A DNA stretch of 34,183 nt, from assembly GCA_035278325.1 (NCBI GenBank), contig DATEJD010000458.1, positions 1 to 34,183 of the forward strand. The letters run 5' to 3'. Below the pieces are notes generated by a model. The model did no database searches. It saw only the letters and a program-made list of their open reading frames with translations, and had not been told where the DNA came from. Below, piece by piece: positions 1 through 7,891 of this stretch (positions are counted from its first letter, which is position 1; each line of letters begins with the position of its first letter). Both the position numbers and the translations under genes were made by a program. This stretch comes from Gemmatimonadales bacterium. Lineage in GTDB: Bacteria; Gemmatimonadota; Gemmatimonadetes; Gemmatimonadales; GWC2-71-9.

Positions 1-788
1 TCGGCGCCATCGGCCTCGGCGCGCGTGCCGACCAGGATGAGTCCCCGTACTCGGCTGCGCCAACGGCGAAGGAACTCGAAGATCACGTAACCGCCCATGG
101 AAAGGCCGCACAGTACCACGTCGTCGACACCCAGGGTATCGAGCAGCGCCGCGAGGTCGTCGGCGTAGATGGCCATCCCGTAGCCGAGGTCCGGCGCGTC
201 CGATTCGCCCATGCCGCGAAGGTCGGGCGCAATGCGGCGGTAGCCCTCGAGGGCATCCATCTGGTCGCGCCAGATGCTACGGTCGAACGGGTAGCCGTGC
301 ACGAACAGGATGGCGGGACCGTCGCCCCGGATCTCGACCGCGAGGCTCACCCCATTGACCGTGAGCCGCTGCGCGCCGCCGGAGGCGCGCCGCGCGTGCA
401 TGAACTCGCCGAACTCCGGCGGCACCGGGATGGGGCGGCCATCGCGGTTGATGCACACGAAGACGAACTCGGCGGTGGCGATGAGCACGTCGTCCCTCAC
501 CCGGCGGGCCGTCTGCCGCATGGTGAAGCTGGTACGGCCGTGATGGGTCAGCGCCTGGTGGAAACGGAGGACGTCGCCGGGGAAGGCGGCGGCGTGATAG
601 TCGATCACCGTTTTCCGCACCGCAGGCCACGCGCCGGCCCGGGTGAAGACATCGATGCCGGGGCCCCGCACCAGCATCTCCCACCGGGCCCGCTCGAACA
701 GGCTCAGGAACGAGGCCTGGTTCAGATGCCCGAACGCGTCACACTCGTCGGGATAGACCGTGAGGTCGATCTCGCTGGGATGGAGCAT
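1..788 (-). CDS. Hotdog-fold (4HBT/YbgC-like) acyl-CoA thioesterase fused to an alpha/beta-hydrolase; C-terminus runs off the left window edge
   Basis: Absent from the ORF track because it is edge-truncated. Hand translation of the minus strand gives MLHPSEIDLTVYPDECDAFGHLNQASFLSLFERARWEML...RFHQALTHHGRTSFTMRQTARRV (4HBT-like), then ...RLTVNGVSLAVEIRGDGPAILFVHGYPFDRSIWRDQMDALEGYRRIAPDLRGMGESD...VVLCGLSMGGYVIFEF. The GxSxG nucleophile elbow is encoded at about 90-107. ATG at 786-788, in-frame stop upstream at 840-842, no stops down to nt 1. Confidence 0.8.
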   Translation of the reverse strand, partial: MLHPSEIDLTVYPDECDAFGHLNQASFLSLFERARWEMLVRGPGIDVFTRAGAWPAVRKTVIDYHAAAFPGDVLRFHQALTHHGRTSFTMRQTARRVRDDVLIATAEFVFVCINRDGRPIPVPPEFGEFMHARRASGGAQRLTVNGVSLAVEIRGDGPAILFVHGYPFDRSIWRDQMDALEGYRRIAPDLRGMGESDAPDLGYGMAIYADDLAALLDTLGVDDVVLCGLSMGGYVIFEFLRRWRSRVRGLILVGTRAEADGA

Positions 789-905
789 GGGAACAAGATA
801 CGTGGCCGCGGCGCGCCGAGCGAAAACGTGGTCGGGCGGCTACACTTCCGGCGACCGCCCGGAGCCCAGCGTTCCGCTACCCCTCATCCTCATTCCCCAC
901 CACCT

Positions 906-1082
906 ATGAAGCCCGCCACCGACTACATCCGGCACGCCGCCCGGCTCGCCCGCAAACTGCAGATGGACGCGGCCATGGGCGGGACAGCACCCCAGCCCGA
1001 CGCGGAGTTCTATAAGACGCTGTCGAAAGCGTTGGACGAGATCGCCGCGGGGCTGGAGCTGGTGTCGAAGCCACGTGAGTGA
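906..1082 (+). CDS. Small hypothetical protein (58 aa), translationally coupled to rnd
   Basis: ATG at 906. Very high GC3 across all 58 codons. Helical-looking sequence MKPATDYIRHAARLARKLQMDAAMGG...LDEIAAGLELVSKPRE. Its stop overlaps the rnd GTG start by 8 nt (GTGAGTGA). It is the 3' part of track ORF 297..1082, whose upstream part is antisense to the thioesterase gene. No obvious SD. Confidence 0.5.
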   Translation: MKPATDYIRHAARLARKLQMDAAMGGTAPQPDAEFYKTLSKALDEIAAGLELVSKPRE

Positions 1083-2250
1083 CGTTCCACTGATCCAGTC
1101 GCAGCCGGAGCTGGAGTCGCTGTTCGAGCGCCTCCGGCGCGAGCCGCTGCTGGCCGTGGATACAGAGGCCGCGAGCTTCCACCGGTTCACTGACCGGGTC
1201 TACCTGCTGCAGGTGAGCTCGCGGCACGAGACCGCGGTGGTCGATCCGCTGGCTACCCGCGGCCTGGGCCCGCTGGGAGCGGTCCTGGCCGACCCCGAGA
1301 TCGAGATCGTGTTCCACGACGCGGACTACGACCTCCGACTGCTGGATCGCGAGTATGGCTTCCGGGCCACCAACGTGTTCGACACCAGGATCGCGTCCCA
1401 GCTGCTGAACGAGCCCGGGATCGGACTCGCGGCGCTGCTCGAGAAGTATCTGGGCGTGCGCCTCGACAAACGGTTCCAGCGCGCCGACTGGTCGGCCAGG
1501 CCGCTGTCGCCGGCCATGCTGGAATACGCGGCGTCCGATACCCGGCACCTGCCGGAGCTGCGGGACATCCTCAAGGCCCAGCTCGAGGGCAAGGGACGAC
1601 TGGGCTGGGCCATGGAGGAGTTCGCGCTGGTGGACGACATCCGTGGGACTCAGCCGGACACCGAGCCCGGCTATCTCCGGATCAAAGGGGCGAAGGCCCT
1701 CAAAGGGCGGGAGCTGGCCGTGCTGCGGGAGCTGTTCGCGTGGCGGGAAGGGGTGGCCCAGCGAGCCGACCGGGCGACGTTCCGGGTGCTCAACAACGAG
1801 CCGATGCTGGCCCTGGCGAAGCATCCCCCGGCTGATCTGGCCGCCCTCAGGACCATACCTGGCATCAGCGCTGATCAGGTCGAGCGGCGCGGGCGCGACA
1901 TCCTGGCGGCCGTGCAGCGGGCCATGGAAATGCCGGACCGGGATCTACCCCGGATCGAGCGGGCACCGCGCCGGGCCTACGACCCGGCGTTCGACGCCCG
2001 GCTCGAGCGACTGAAGGCGGCTCGGAACCGGCTGGCCGGCGACCTCGATCTGCAGCCGGGTGTGCTCTGCCCCAACGGCACGCTCGAGGCGATCGCGAAG
2101 GCGAATCCCGCGGGCCTGGACGAGCTGGCACAGCTGCCGGAGCTCCGGCGATGGCAGCTCCGAACCATCGGGGAGGCGCTGCTGGCCGCGCTCAAGGCCC
2201 CGTCCGGTACCGACGCCCCGTCGGACGACGCCTCACGGGTCAGTCGGTAA
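1075..2250 (+). CDS. rnd: Ribonuclease D (DEDDy 3'-5' exonuclease domain plus HRDC domain)
   Basis: LLAVDTEAASFHRF (Exo I DxE), FHDADYDLRLLDREYGF (Exo II), YAASDTRHL (Exo III Y-x3-D), and a C-terminal HRDC-like region. GTG start. Confidence 0.85.
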   Translation: MSDVPLIQSQPELESLFERLRREPLLAVDTEAASFHRFTDRVYLLQVSSRHETAVVDPLATRGLGPLGAVLADPEIEIVFHDADYDLRLLDREYGFRATNVFDTRIASQLLNEPGIGLAALLEKYLGVRLDKRFQRADWSARPLSPAMLEYAASDTRHLPELRDILKAQLEGKGRLGWAMEEFALVDDIRGTQPDTEPGYLRIKGAKALKGRELAVLRELFAWREGVAQRADRATFRVLNNEPMLALAKHPPADLAALRTIPGISADQVERRGRDILAAVQRAMEMPDRDLPRIERAPRRAYDPAFDARLERLKAARNRLAGDLDLQPGVLCPNGTLEAIAKANPAGLDELAQLPELRRWQLRTIGEALLAALKAPSGTDAPSDDASRVSR

Positions 2251-2333
2251 CTGCATGCAAATCAACTGGTTGATTGGCAGCTGGCGCCGAGATGGTTTGA
2301 TGATGGCGCGATGGAGTTGCTTTCAGTCACCGG

Positions 2334-2672
2334 TCAGAACCCCAGAAACGCCCTGACCCGGGGATCCATCTTCTCCGGCGTCCAGTAGGGGTCCCAAACC
2401 AGGTCCACATCGACCGACTCGACGCCTTCCATGTCGGTCAACACCCGCTTCACATCGTCGAGGATCTCGGTCCCGGCCGGACACCCCGGACTGGTGAGCG
2501 TCATCTTGACGCGGACCCGGCCGTGATCGGCCACCTCTACATCGTACACCAGCCCGATGTCGATGATGTTCAGGTTGAGCTCCGGATCCTTCACGGCGCG
2601 GAGCGCCTTGCGGACGGCATCGGGAGCGGGAGCCGGGGGGGCGGGGATCGGATTGGGAGTGGGGTCGGTCAT
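2334..2672 (-). CDS. DUF59/MIP18-family Fe-S cluster assembly protein (SufT/PaaD-like)
   Basis: 112 aa. VKDPELNLNIIDIGLVYDV...VKMTLTSPGCPAG...VDVDLVWDPYWTPEKM is the typical DUF59 signature. AGGA about 7 nt upstream of the ATG. Confidence 0.8.
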   Translation of the reverse strand: MTDPTPNPIPAPPAPAPDAVRKALRAVKDPELNLNIIDIGLVYDVEVADHGRVRVKMTLTSPGCPAGTEILDDVKRVLTDMEGVESVDVDLVWDPYWTPEKMDPRVRAFLGF

Positions 2673-2742
2673 ACCCGTATCCTAACGGCTTGCCGGCAGC
2701 CTGCCACTCAGGGGCCCGGGCACCGGGAGGGCGAGGCGCCGG

Positions 2743-3924
2743 TCAGCAGCGAGCCACCAGCTCCTGCTGGCAGCCGTGCGGGACCAGCCGGACCGTGGCG
2801 TCGCTGAGCGTTGCCCGCACCACCTTGAGCTCCTTGACCGATTCCCGGATGCGGGGGTCGAACGCCCGGTTGGTCAGGAAAACCAGGAAGAGATCGCGGG
2901 CAGGGTCGATCCACAGCTCGGTGCCGGTAAACCCGGTGTGGCCGTAGGACGCGTCGCTTACCAGGGTCCCGAACACGCTCGGCTCGTCGGGCTTGACCTC
3001 GGGTGTATCCCAGCCGAGGAGGCGCGGGCCGCTGCGAGGTCCCTTGGTAAGAAACCGCCGGACCGTTTCGGGGCTGACCCACTGACCTTTCGGCCCGGCG
3101 CCCGAGCGAAGCCAGACTTGCGCATACCGGGCGAGATCCATCCCGGTCGAGAATACGCCCGCATGTCCCGCCACACCGCCCATGGCCACGGCATTCTGAT
3201 CGTTTACGTCGCCCGGCACCGGCTTGCCCCGCCAGATCCCGCTGGGCGCGATCCGGCGTTTGAGCCTGGCGGAAGGACGGTACATCGTCTGAGTCAGGCC
3301 GAGCGGCTCGAACACCTCACGGCGGGCCAGCTGGTCGAGCGGGATGCCCGCGACCTTCTCCTCGATGAGGCCGAGAAACAGGGCGTTGAGATCGCTGTAC
3401 TCGGCGCTGTCTCCCGGGGTGCGGATCAGCGGCTGGGCATAGAGCAGGTCGACCGCGCGTGCCCGACTGCCGCGGGCCTTCACGTAGAACGGCACGTAGC
3501 TCTTGAGGCCACTGGTGTGGTCCAGCAGCATGCGGACCGTGACGTCGTTCTTGAGGCCACCCACGAATCTCGGCAGGTAGCGACGCACGGGGGCGTCGAG
3601 ATCCAGCTTCCCCTTGTCCACCAGCCGCATGGCCACGCTGGCGGTGCTCACCACTTTGGTGATGGAAGCGACATCCCACAGCGTCGAGTCAGGATCCGGG
3701 ATCGGGGAGGAGGGGCTCCAGGTGTAGTGGCCGTAGCCCCTGGCGTACATCAGCGAATCTCGCCGGCCAATCACCACCACCGCACCGGGGTAGATCCCTT
3801 TTCGAATCCCGTCCTGCACGGCGGCATCGATCTCGGAGAACGATTGAGCCCGCGCGGGGGTCGGTCCCAGCGCCATCAGGAGTGCCCCGCACCCGAGCAT
3901 CGTCGACCACGTGATCGACCCCAT
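2743..3924 (-). CDS. Secreted serine hydrolase, beta-lactamase/penicillin-binding-protein fold (class C-like)
   Basis: SxxK motif in ASITKVVSTASVAMRLVDKGKLDLDAPV. Start preferred at the internal ATG 3924 (MGSITWSTMLGCGALLMALGPTPARAQS signal peptide, GGAGAG 5 nt upstream) rather than the track start 4002. Confidence 0.8.
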   Translation of the reverse strand: MGSITWSTMLGCGALLMALGPTPARAQSFSEIDAAVQDGIRKGIYPGAVVVIGRRDSLMYARGYGHYTWSPSSPIPDPDSTLWDVASITKVVSTASVAMRLVDKGKLDLDAPVRRYLPRFVGGLKNDVTVRMLLDHTSGLKSYVPFYVKARGSRARAVDLLYAQPLIRTPGDSAEYSDLNALFLGLIEEKVAGIPLDQLARREVFEPLGLTQTMYRPSARLKRRIAPSGIWRGKPVPGDVNDQNAVAMGGVAGHAGVFSTGMDLARYAQVWLRSGAGPKGQWVSPETVRRFLTKGPRSGPRLLGWDTPEVKPDEPSVFGTLVSDASYGHTGFTGTELWIDPARDLFLVFLTNRAFDPRIRESVKELKVVRATLSDATVRLVPHGCQQELVARC

Positions 3925-4160
3925 GCGACTCTCCGCCTTGCAGACATGGTTCGCACCCGGCGCGTTGAGGATGCCGGCCTGCGCCGGCTGGCCGCGCTCC
4001 AATTGTCACCCGGCAGGGATCGCGACGCCAAGTGCGAAACCGAGCTTTGGGCCAATGGGACCGGGAAGGGACCAGACGCAGCCGCCGCTTTCACAGGCAA
4101 CCATCGTGCCCGAGGCTGCTGTCGCCGAATTCATTGGCGATGATCCGGCGGCGGAGGCGG

Positions 4161-4982
4161 CTACTGCGCCTCGTCGGAAATGTCCCGTACGGGGCCGGGA
4201 GGCAGGCGATAGAGCACGGCCGCCGTTCGGCGATCGCGATCGGAGAGGGTGCTGGTCCGCGTGGCCGGGTACATCACGTCGTTGGAGTCGGCCGAGTGTG
4301 GCAGGCCGATAGCATGCCCGGTCTCGTGCACGGCCACGGACAGGAGGGCATCGTCGGGCAGCACGACGCCGGCGTTGGTGCGCAACGCGAGCGAGACGAG
4401 GGCGCGGCGCACCCGGCCCGATTGGTCCCAGGTGAGGTCGGTCTGGCCGGCGCGGTCGAAATCGAAGTGATCGATCCATCGCACCAGGATGTCGGCCTTG
4501 CTGGTGTCGCTCACCACCTCGAAGCGCAAGCCGATGCCGAGGCTTTCCCACCGGTCGAGTGAAGTCCGCACGTAGCCCGAGAGCTTGGGCGACCAGTTGG
4601 GCACCCCGCCCTCGATGATGGCCACGCGGATCGGGGACCCCCAGCGGTCGGGCCAGCGACGCACGACCGAATCGGTGCTGAGGATCAGGGAGTCGAGGTA
4701 GGTCGAATTGGCTTCGCGGCTGAGCGCCTCCCGCGCGGCAAGGCGGGCCAGCCGCGCTTCGCCGGCGGACCGGGTGGGGCGGGAAGCCACACGGGTGCCG
4801 CTGCCAGCGTCGCCCGCGCCCAGCTTGGGCGTCGCGCTGCTGGTGGCCCTGGTAACTGGCTCGGCGGCGGCCAGCCGGCGTCGGGTGGCCTCCAATGCCC
4901 GGTCGGCCAGAACCAGGAACAAGAGGCCCAGGGTGACCAATGGCAGGAGATGATTGCGCCGCATGCGCACAATATGGAGCAC
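4161..4982 (-). CDS. Membrane-anchored matrixin-like (M10 family) zinc metalloprotease
   Basis: HExxHxxGxxH in VAVHETGHAIGLPHS with a Met-turn (DVMYP). N-terminal hydrophobic anchor LLPLVTLGLLFLVLA. GTG start at 4982 preceded by AGGAG with 6-nt spacing. Confidence 0.75.
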   Translation of the reverse strand: MLHIVRMRRNHLLPLVTLGLLFLVLADRALEATRRRLAAAEPVTRATSSATPKLGAGDAGSGTRVASRPTRSAGEARLARLAAREALSREANSTYLDSLILSTDSVVRRWPDRWGSPIRVAIIEGGVPNWSPKLSGYVRTSLDRWESLGIGLRFEVVSDTSKADILVRWIDHFDFDRAGQTDLTWDQSGRVRRALVSLALRTNAGVVLPDDALLSVAVHETGHAIGLPHSADSNDVMYPATRTSTLSDRDRRTAAVLYRLPPGPVRDISDEAQ

Positions 4983-5094
4983 TTTCCGCTCCTGCCGCCA
5001 GCCGTCCCCCCGGCTGGCGCCGGAACCCTCGGCCGTCTAACATTTTGCCACCTTTTGAGGCGGACCGAGGACCCGGGAGGACGCTCTGAACCTG

Positions 5095-7383
5095 ATGGAC
5101 CGATTCGCCCGGGCGCTGGTGCGTTGGCGCTACGCGGTGCTGGTGTTCTGGGCGGCGGTCGGGACGGTCGCAGCCGTTCGTGCCCCGGCGACGCCGGGCC
5201 TCCTCAATATTCGGGGTGGGAGCAATCGGCCGACGGAGGCCTCCCGCACCGAGGACCTGCTCAACACCCGTTTCAGCCGGCCGATCGGCGAGTTCTTCGC
5301 CGTCACCCTCCAGGCACCAGCCTCGTTCGACTCCGCCGGGCCCCGCGCCGTCCTCGACACCGTTCTCGGAGCCCTGCGACGCCAGCCCTACGTCCGCGGG
5401 CTGGTCTCCTACCGCTCGACCAACGACACCACGTTCGTGAGCCGGGACCGTCGCTCGACCTTCGTCATCGTGGCGCTCGAGGCGACGCCGGGAGACAGCT
5501 CGGGCTCGCTGGTTCAGCCGGTGCGCGATCTCGTCAAGGCAACGATGGGCCGGCTGCCCGACGGTGAGCGGTACCGGGTCCGCGTGACCGGCCGGGCACC
5601 GCTCGACCTCGACGTGCGCACCATCGTCGCGCGCGACAGCGCGGAGGGCGAAAAGCGTCTGCTGCCGCTCACGCTCCTGATCCTGGTGCTCGCCTTCGGC
5701 GCGCTGGTGGCCGCCGCGTTGCCGCTTGTCGTCGGCGTGCTGGCGATCGCCGTGTCACTGGCGATCATCGGGCTGCTCGCGCGGGTGACACCGATGTCGG
5801 TGTTCGTGCTCAACATGACCACGATGATCGGGCTGGGCGTCGGGATCGACTACTCGCTGCTGGTGGTCACCCGGTTCCGGGAGGAGCTGGCGCGGGGCGC
5901 GCGACGCCAGATCGCGGCGGTCAACACCCTCGCGACCGCCGGTCGCGCCGTGATCACCTCGGGGCTCACGGTGGTGGTGGGCTTCGGCGCGCTGCTGCTC
6001 ACGCCGCTCATCGAAACCCGGAGCGTCGGCATCGGGGGGCTCATCGTCGTCGCGGTGGCGGTGAGCCTGTCGATCACCCTCCTCCCCGCCCTGCTCGCCA
6101 TCCTCGGCCGGGAGATCGACCGCCCGAAATGGCTGGCGCGACGGCTCGCCTGGTATCACGCGCCCCAGGTGTGGGAAAAGTGGGCGCGCACGCTGAGCCG
6201 GCATCCGGTTCGCGCGATGGGCTACGGCGGCGCGATGATCGCCATCCTCACGTTCCCGGTCTTCTTCATCAAGATCGGACTGCCCTCGCGTCACTGGTGG
6301 CCCACCGGCACGGAGGCCGGCGAAGGGCTCGACGTGCTGACGGCGATGGGCGTGGCGGGATTCATCCAGCCGGTTCGGGTGGTGGTCCAGGTACCCGAGG
6401 GCCGCTCCGCGGTCGATGCCACCGCTCTCCGGGGGCTCATGACCCTGAGTGACTCGCTCCGGGCCGACCCCCGCGTGCGCGAGGTCCGGAGCCTCGTCAC
6501 CATCGAGCCCAAGGGCAGCCTGCTGAGCTATTCGGTGCTCTACAGCGATCTGCCGGCGGCGCGCGCCAAGTACCCCGACTTTCTCGATGCCTACCTGAGC
6601 AGCGACCAGCGCCTGGCGCTGCTGGACGTGATCCTGGCCGACACCACCTCGCTCACCACGGCGACGGATGTGGTGCTTCGGGCCCGGCAGCTCGCCAAGG
6701 CCGAGCTCCGGGGCACCAAAGGCATGCAGGTCACGGTTGGCGGTTACTCGGCCGCCGCGCTCGACTTCCAGGAAGACCTGCTGGCCCGCTTCCCGCTGCT
6801 CGTCATCCTGATCCTCGGCGCCACGGCGGTGATGCTGGCGATCGCGTTCAAGTCGGTGCTGGTGCCCGTCAAGGCCATCATCATGAACACGCTGTCGGTG
6901 AGCGCCACCTTCGGCCTTCTCGTGCTGGTGTTCCAGCACGGGGTTGGGTCCGGGATCTTCGGCCTCACCGGTCCCACCTCCGCGATCTTCGTCGCGGTGC
7001 CGGTCCTCGTGTTCGCCGTGGTATTCGGGCTCAGCATGGACTACGAAGTGTTTCTGCTGAGCCGGATCAAGGAGGCCTTCGACCGGAGCGGACGGAACAC
7101 CGAGGCCACCATGGAGGGCCTGAGCGCCACCGCCTCGGTGATCACCTCGGCGGCGCTCATCATGATCCTGGTGTTCGGGATCTTCGCCTTCGCGCGCGTG
7201 CTCGCGATGCAGCTCATGGGGTTCGGGCTGGCCGTGGCGGTGCTGCTCGACGCCACCGTGATCCGGATGGTGCTGGTGCCCGCGTTCATGCAGGCGATGG
7301 GACGGTGGAACTGGTGGCCCGGGGTGCGGCGTATCCGGCCCAAGAACCGGCTGAGCTCGGAGATGCCGGAGCTGCAGGGGTAA
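5095..7383 (+). CDS. MMPL-family (RND superfamily) membrane transporter
   Basis: 762 aa with two blocks of about 5-6 TM helices each following a large soluble loop. Motifs typical of MMPL exporters (GIDYSLLVVTRFREEL, GLSMDYEVFLLSRIKE). Confidence 0.85.
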   Translation: MDRFARALVRWRYAVLVFWAAVGTVAAVRAPATPGLLNIRGGSNRPTEASRTEDLLNTRFSRPIGEFFAVTLQAPASFDSAGPRAVLDTVLGALRRQPYVRGLVSYRSTNDTTFVSRDRRSTFVIVALEATPGDSSGSLVQPVRDLVKATMGRLPDGERYRVRVTGRAPLDLDVRTIVARDSAEGEKRLLPLTLLILVLAFGALVAAALPLVVGVLAIAVSLAIIGLLARVTPMSVFVLNMTTMIGLGVGIDYSLLVVTRFREELARGARRQIAAVNTLATAGRAVITSGLTVVVGFGALLLTPLIETRSVGIGGLIVVAVAVSLSITLLPALLAILGREIDRPKWLARRLAWYHAPQVWEKWARTLSRHPVRAMGYGGAMIAILTFPVFFIKIGLPSRHWWPTGTEAGEGLDVLTAMGVAGFIQPVRVVVQVPEGRSAVDATALRGLMTLSDSLRADPRVREVRSLVTIEPKGSLLSYSVLYSDLPAARAKYPDFLDAYLSSDQRLALLDVILADTTSLTTATDVVLRARQLAKAELRGTKGMQVTVGGYSAAALDFQEDLLARFPLLVILILGATAVMLAIAFKSVLVPVKAIIMNTLSVSATFGLLVLVFQHGVGSGIFGLTGPTSAIFVAVPVLVFAVVFGLSMDYEVFLLSRIKEAFDRSGRNTEATMEGLSATASVITSAALIMILVFGIFAFARVLAMQLMGFGLAVAVLLDATVIRMVLVPAFMQAMGRWNWWPGVRRIRPKNRLSSEMPELQG

Positions 7384-7390
7384 GGCGCGT

Positions 7391-7891
7391 CTACCGGGGG
7401 CGGAAGCTCACCACGCTGGCGGCGAAAGCGCTGAGGCGCGAAGCGAAGGTCACGATGGCCCAGCCGACCACGGCGAGCAGCACCAGCGCCCAGGCGAGGC
7501 CCATGGCGGCATAGCGGCGGGACCGATCGCGCGGCGGGCCGCTCGGCGGGCGGGGCGGCAGCCCGGCGGCGCGAACCCGGGCAAAGGCCTCACGGCGGCG
7601 TGCGAGTCCGTCGTCATCCTCCGGCAGGCTCCGCACGAGCGCGGTCACCGAGGGCAGCGGAGGCAGCCCCAGGCCGGGCGTCGCGGGCCGGTAGCGGAGG
7701 CGATCTTCCCACGCTCCGCGAATCTCGGGGTGCACCCCGAGCGGCTGCCAGCTCTGGCGCGCGACGTCGAACAGCGCCGACGTCGGCTGGACCAGGGCGG
7801 CTTCCAGCGCGTCGAGCACGGCCTCGACGTCGGCGAACTCGAGGTCGCCGGCATCGGGATCGGTACAGATGAAGCGCGGCGATCGACTCAT
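7391..7891 (-). CDS. Hypothetical membrane-anchored protein, N-terminal GYF_2/DUF4339-like domain (tentative)
   Basis: 166 aa. The ATG overlaps the polA stop (ATGA at 7888-7891). Single C-terminal TM helix (AAMGLAWALVLLAVVGWAIVTF). N-terminal region ...ALFDVARQSWQPLGVHPEIRGAWE resembles GYF_2 domains. Codon bias is coding-like. Confidence 0.6.
   Translation of the reverse strand: MSRSPRFICTDPDAGDLEFADVEAVLDALEAALVQPTSALFDVARQSWQPLGVHPEIRGAWEDRLRYRPATPGLGLPPLPSVTALVRSLPEDDDGLARRREAFARVRAAGLPPRPPSGPPRDRSRRYAAMGLAWALVLLAVVGWAIVTFASRLSAFAASVVSFRPR

Noticed and set aside
904-1824. 306-aa minus-strand ORF over rnd, and the similar shadow ORFs 2776..4143 (+), 4006..5043 (-), 13503..14990 (-), 14918..15886 (+), 16225..17412 (+), 18873..20060 (+), 20446..21435 (+), 23016..23852 (-), 28011..29030 (+)
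   Set aside because: Each overlaps a gene with strong motif support on the other strand or in another frame, and each has the R/P/G/A-biased composition expected from translating GC3-rich genes out of frame.
5755-6939. 394-aa minus-strand ORF
   Set aside because: It is antisense to the MMPL transporter. It is extremely rich in charged residues and His (HRRGAEDQDDEQRE...), unlike a real protein.
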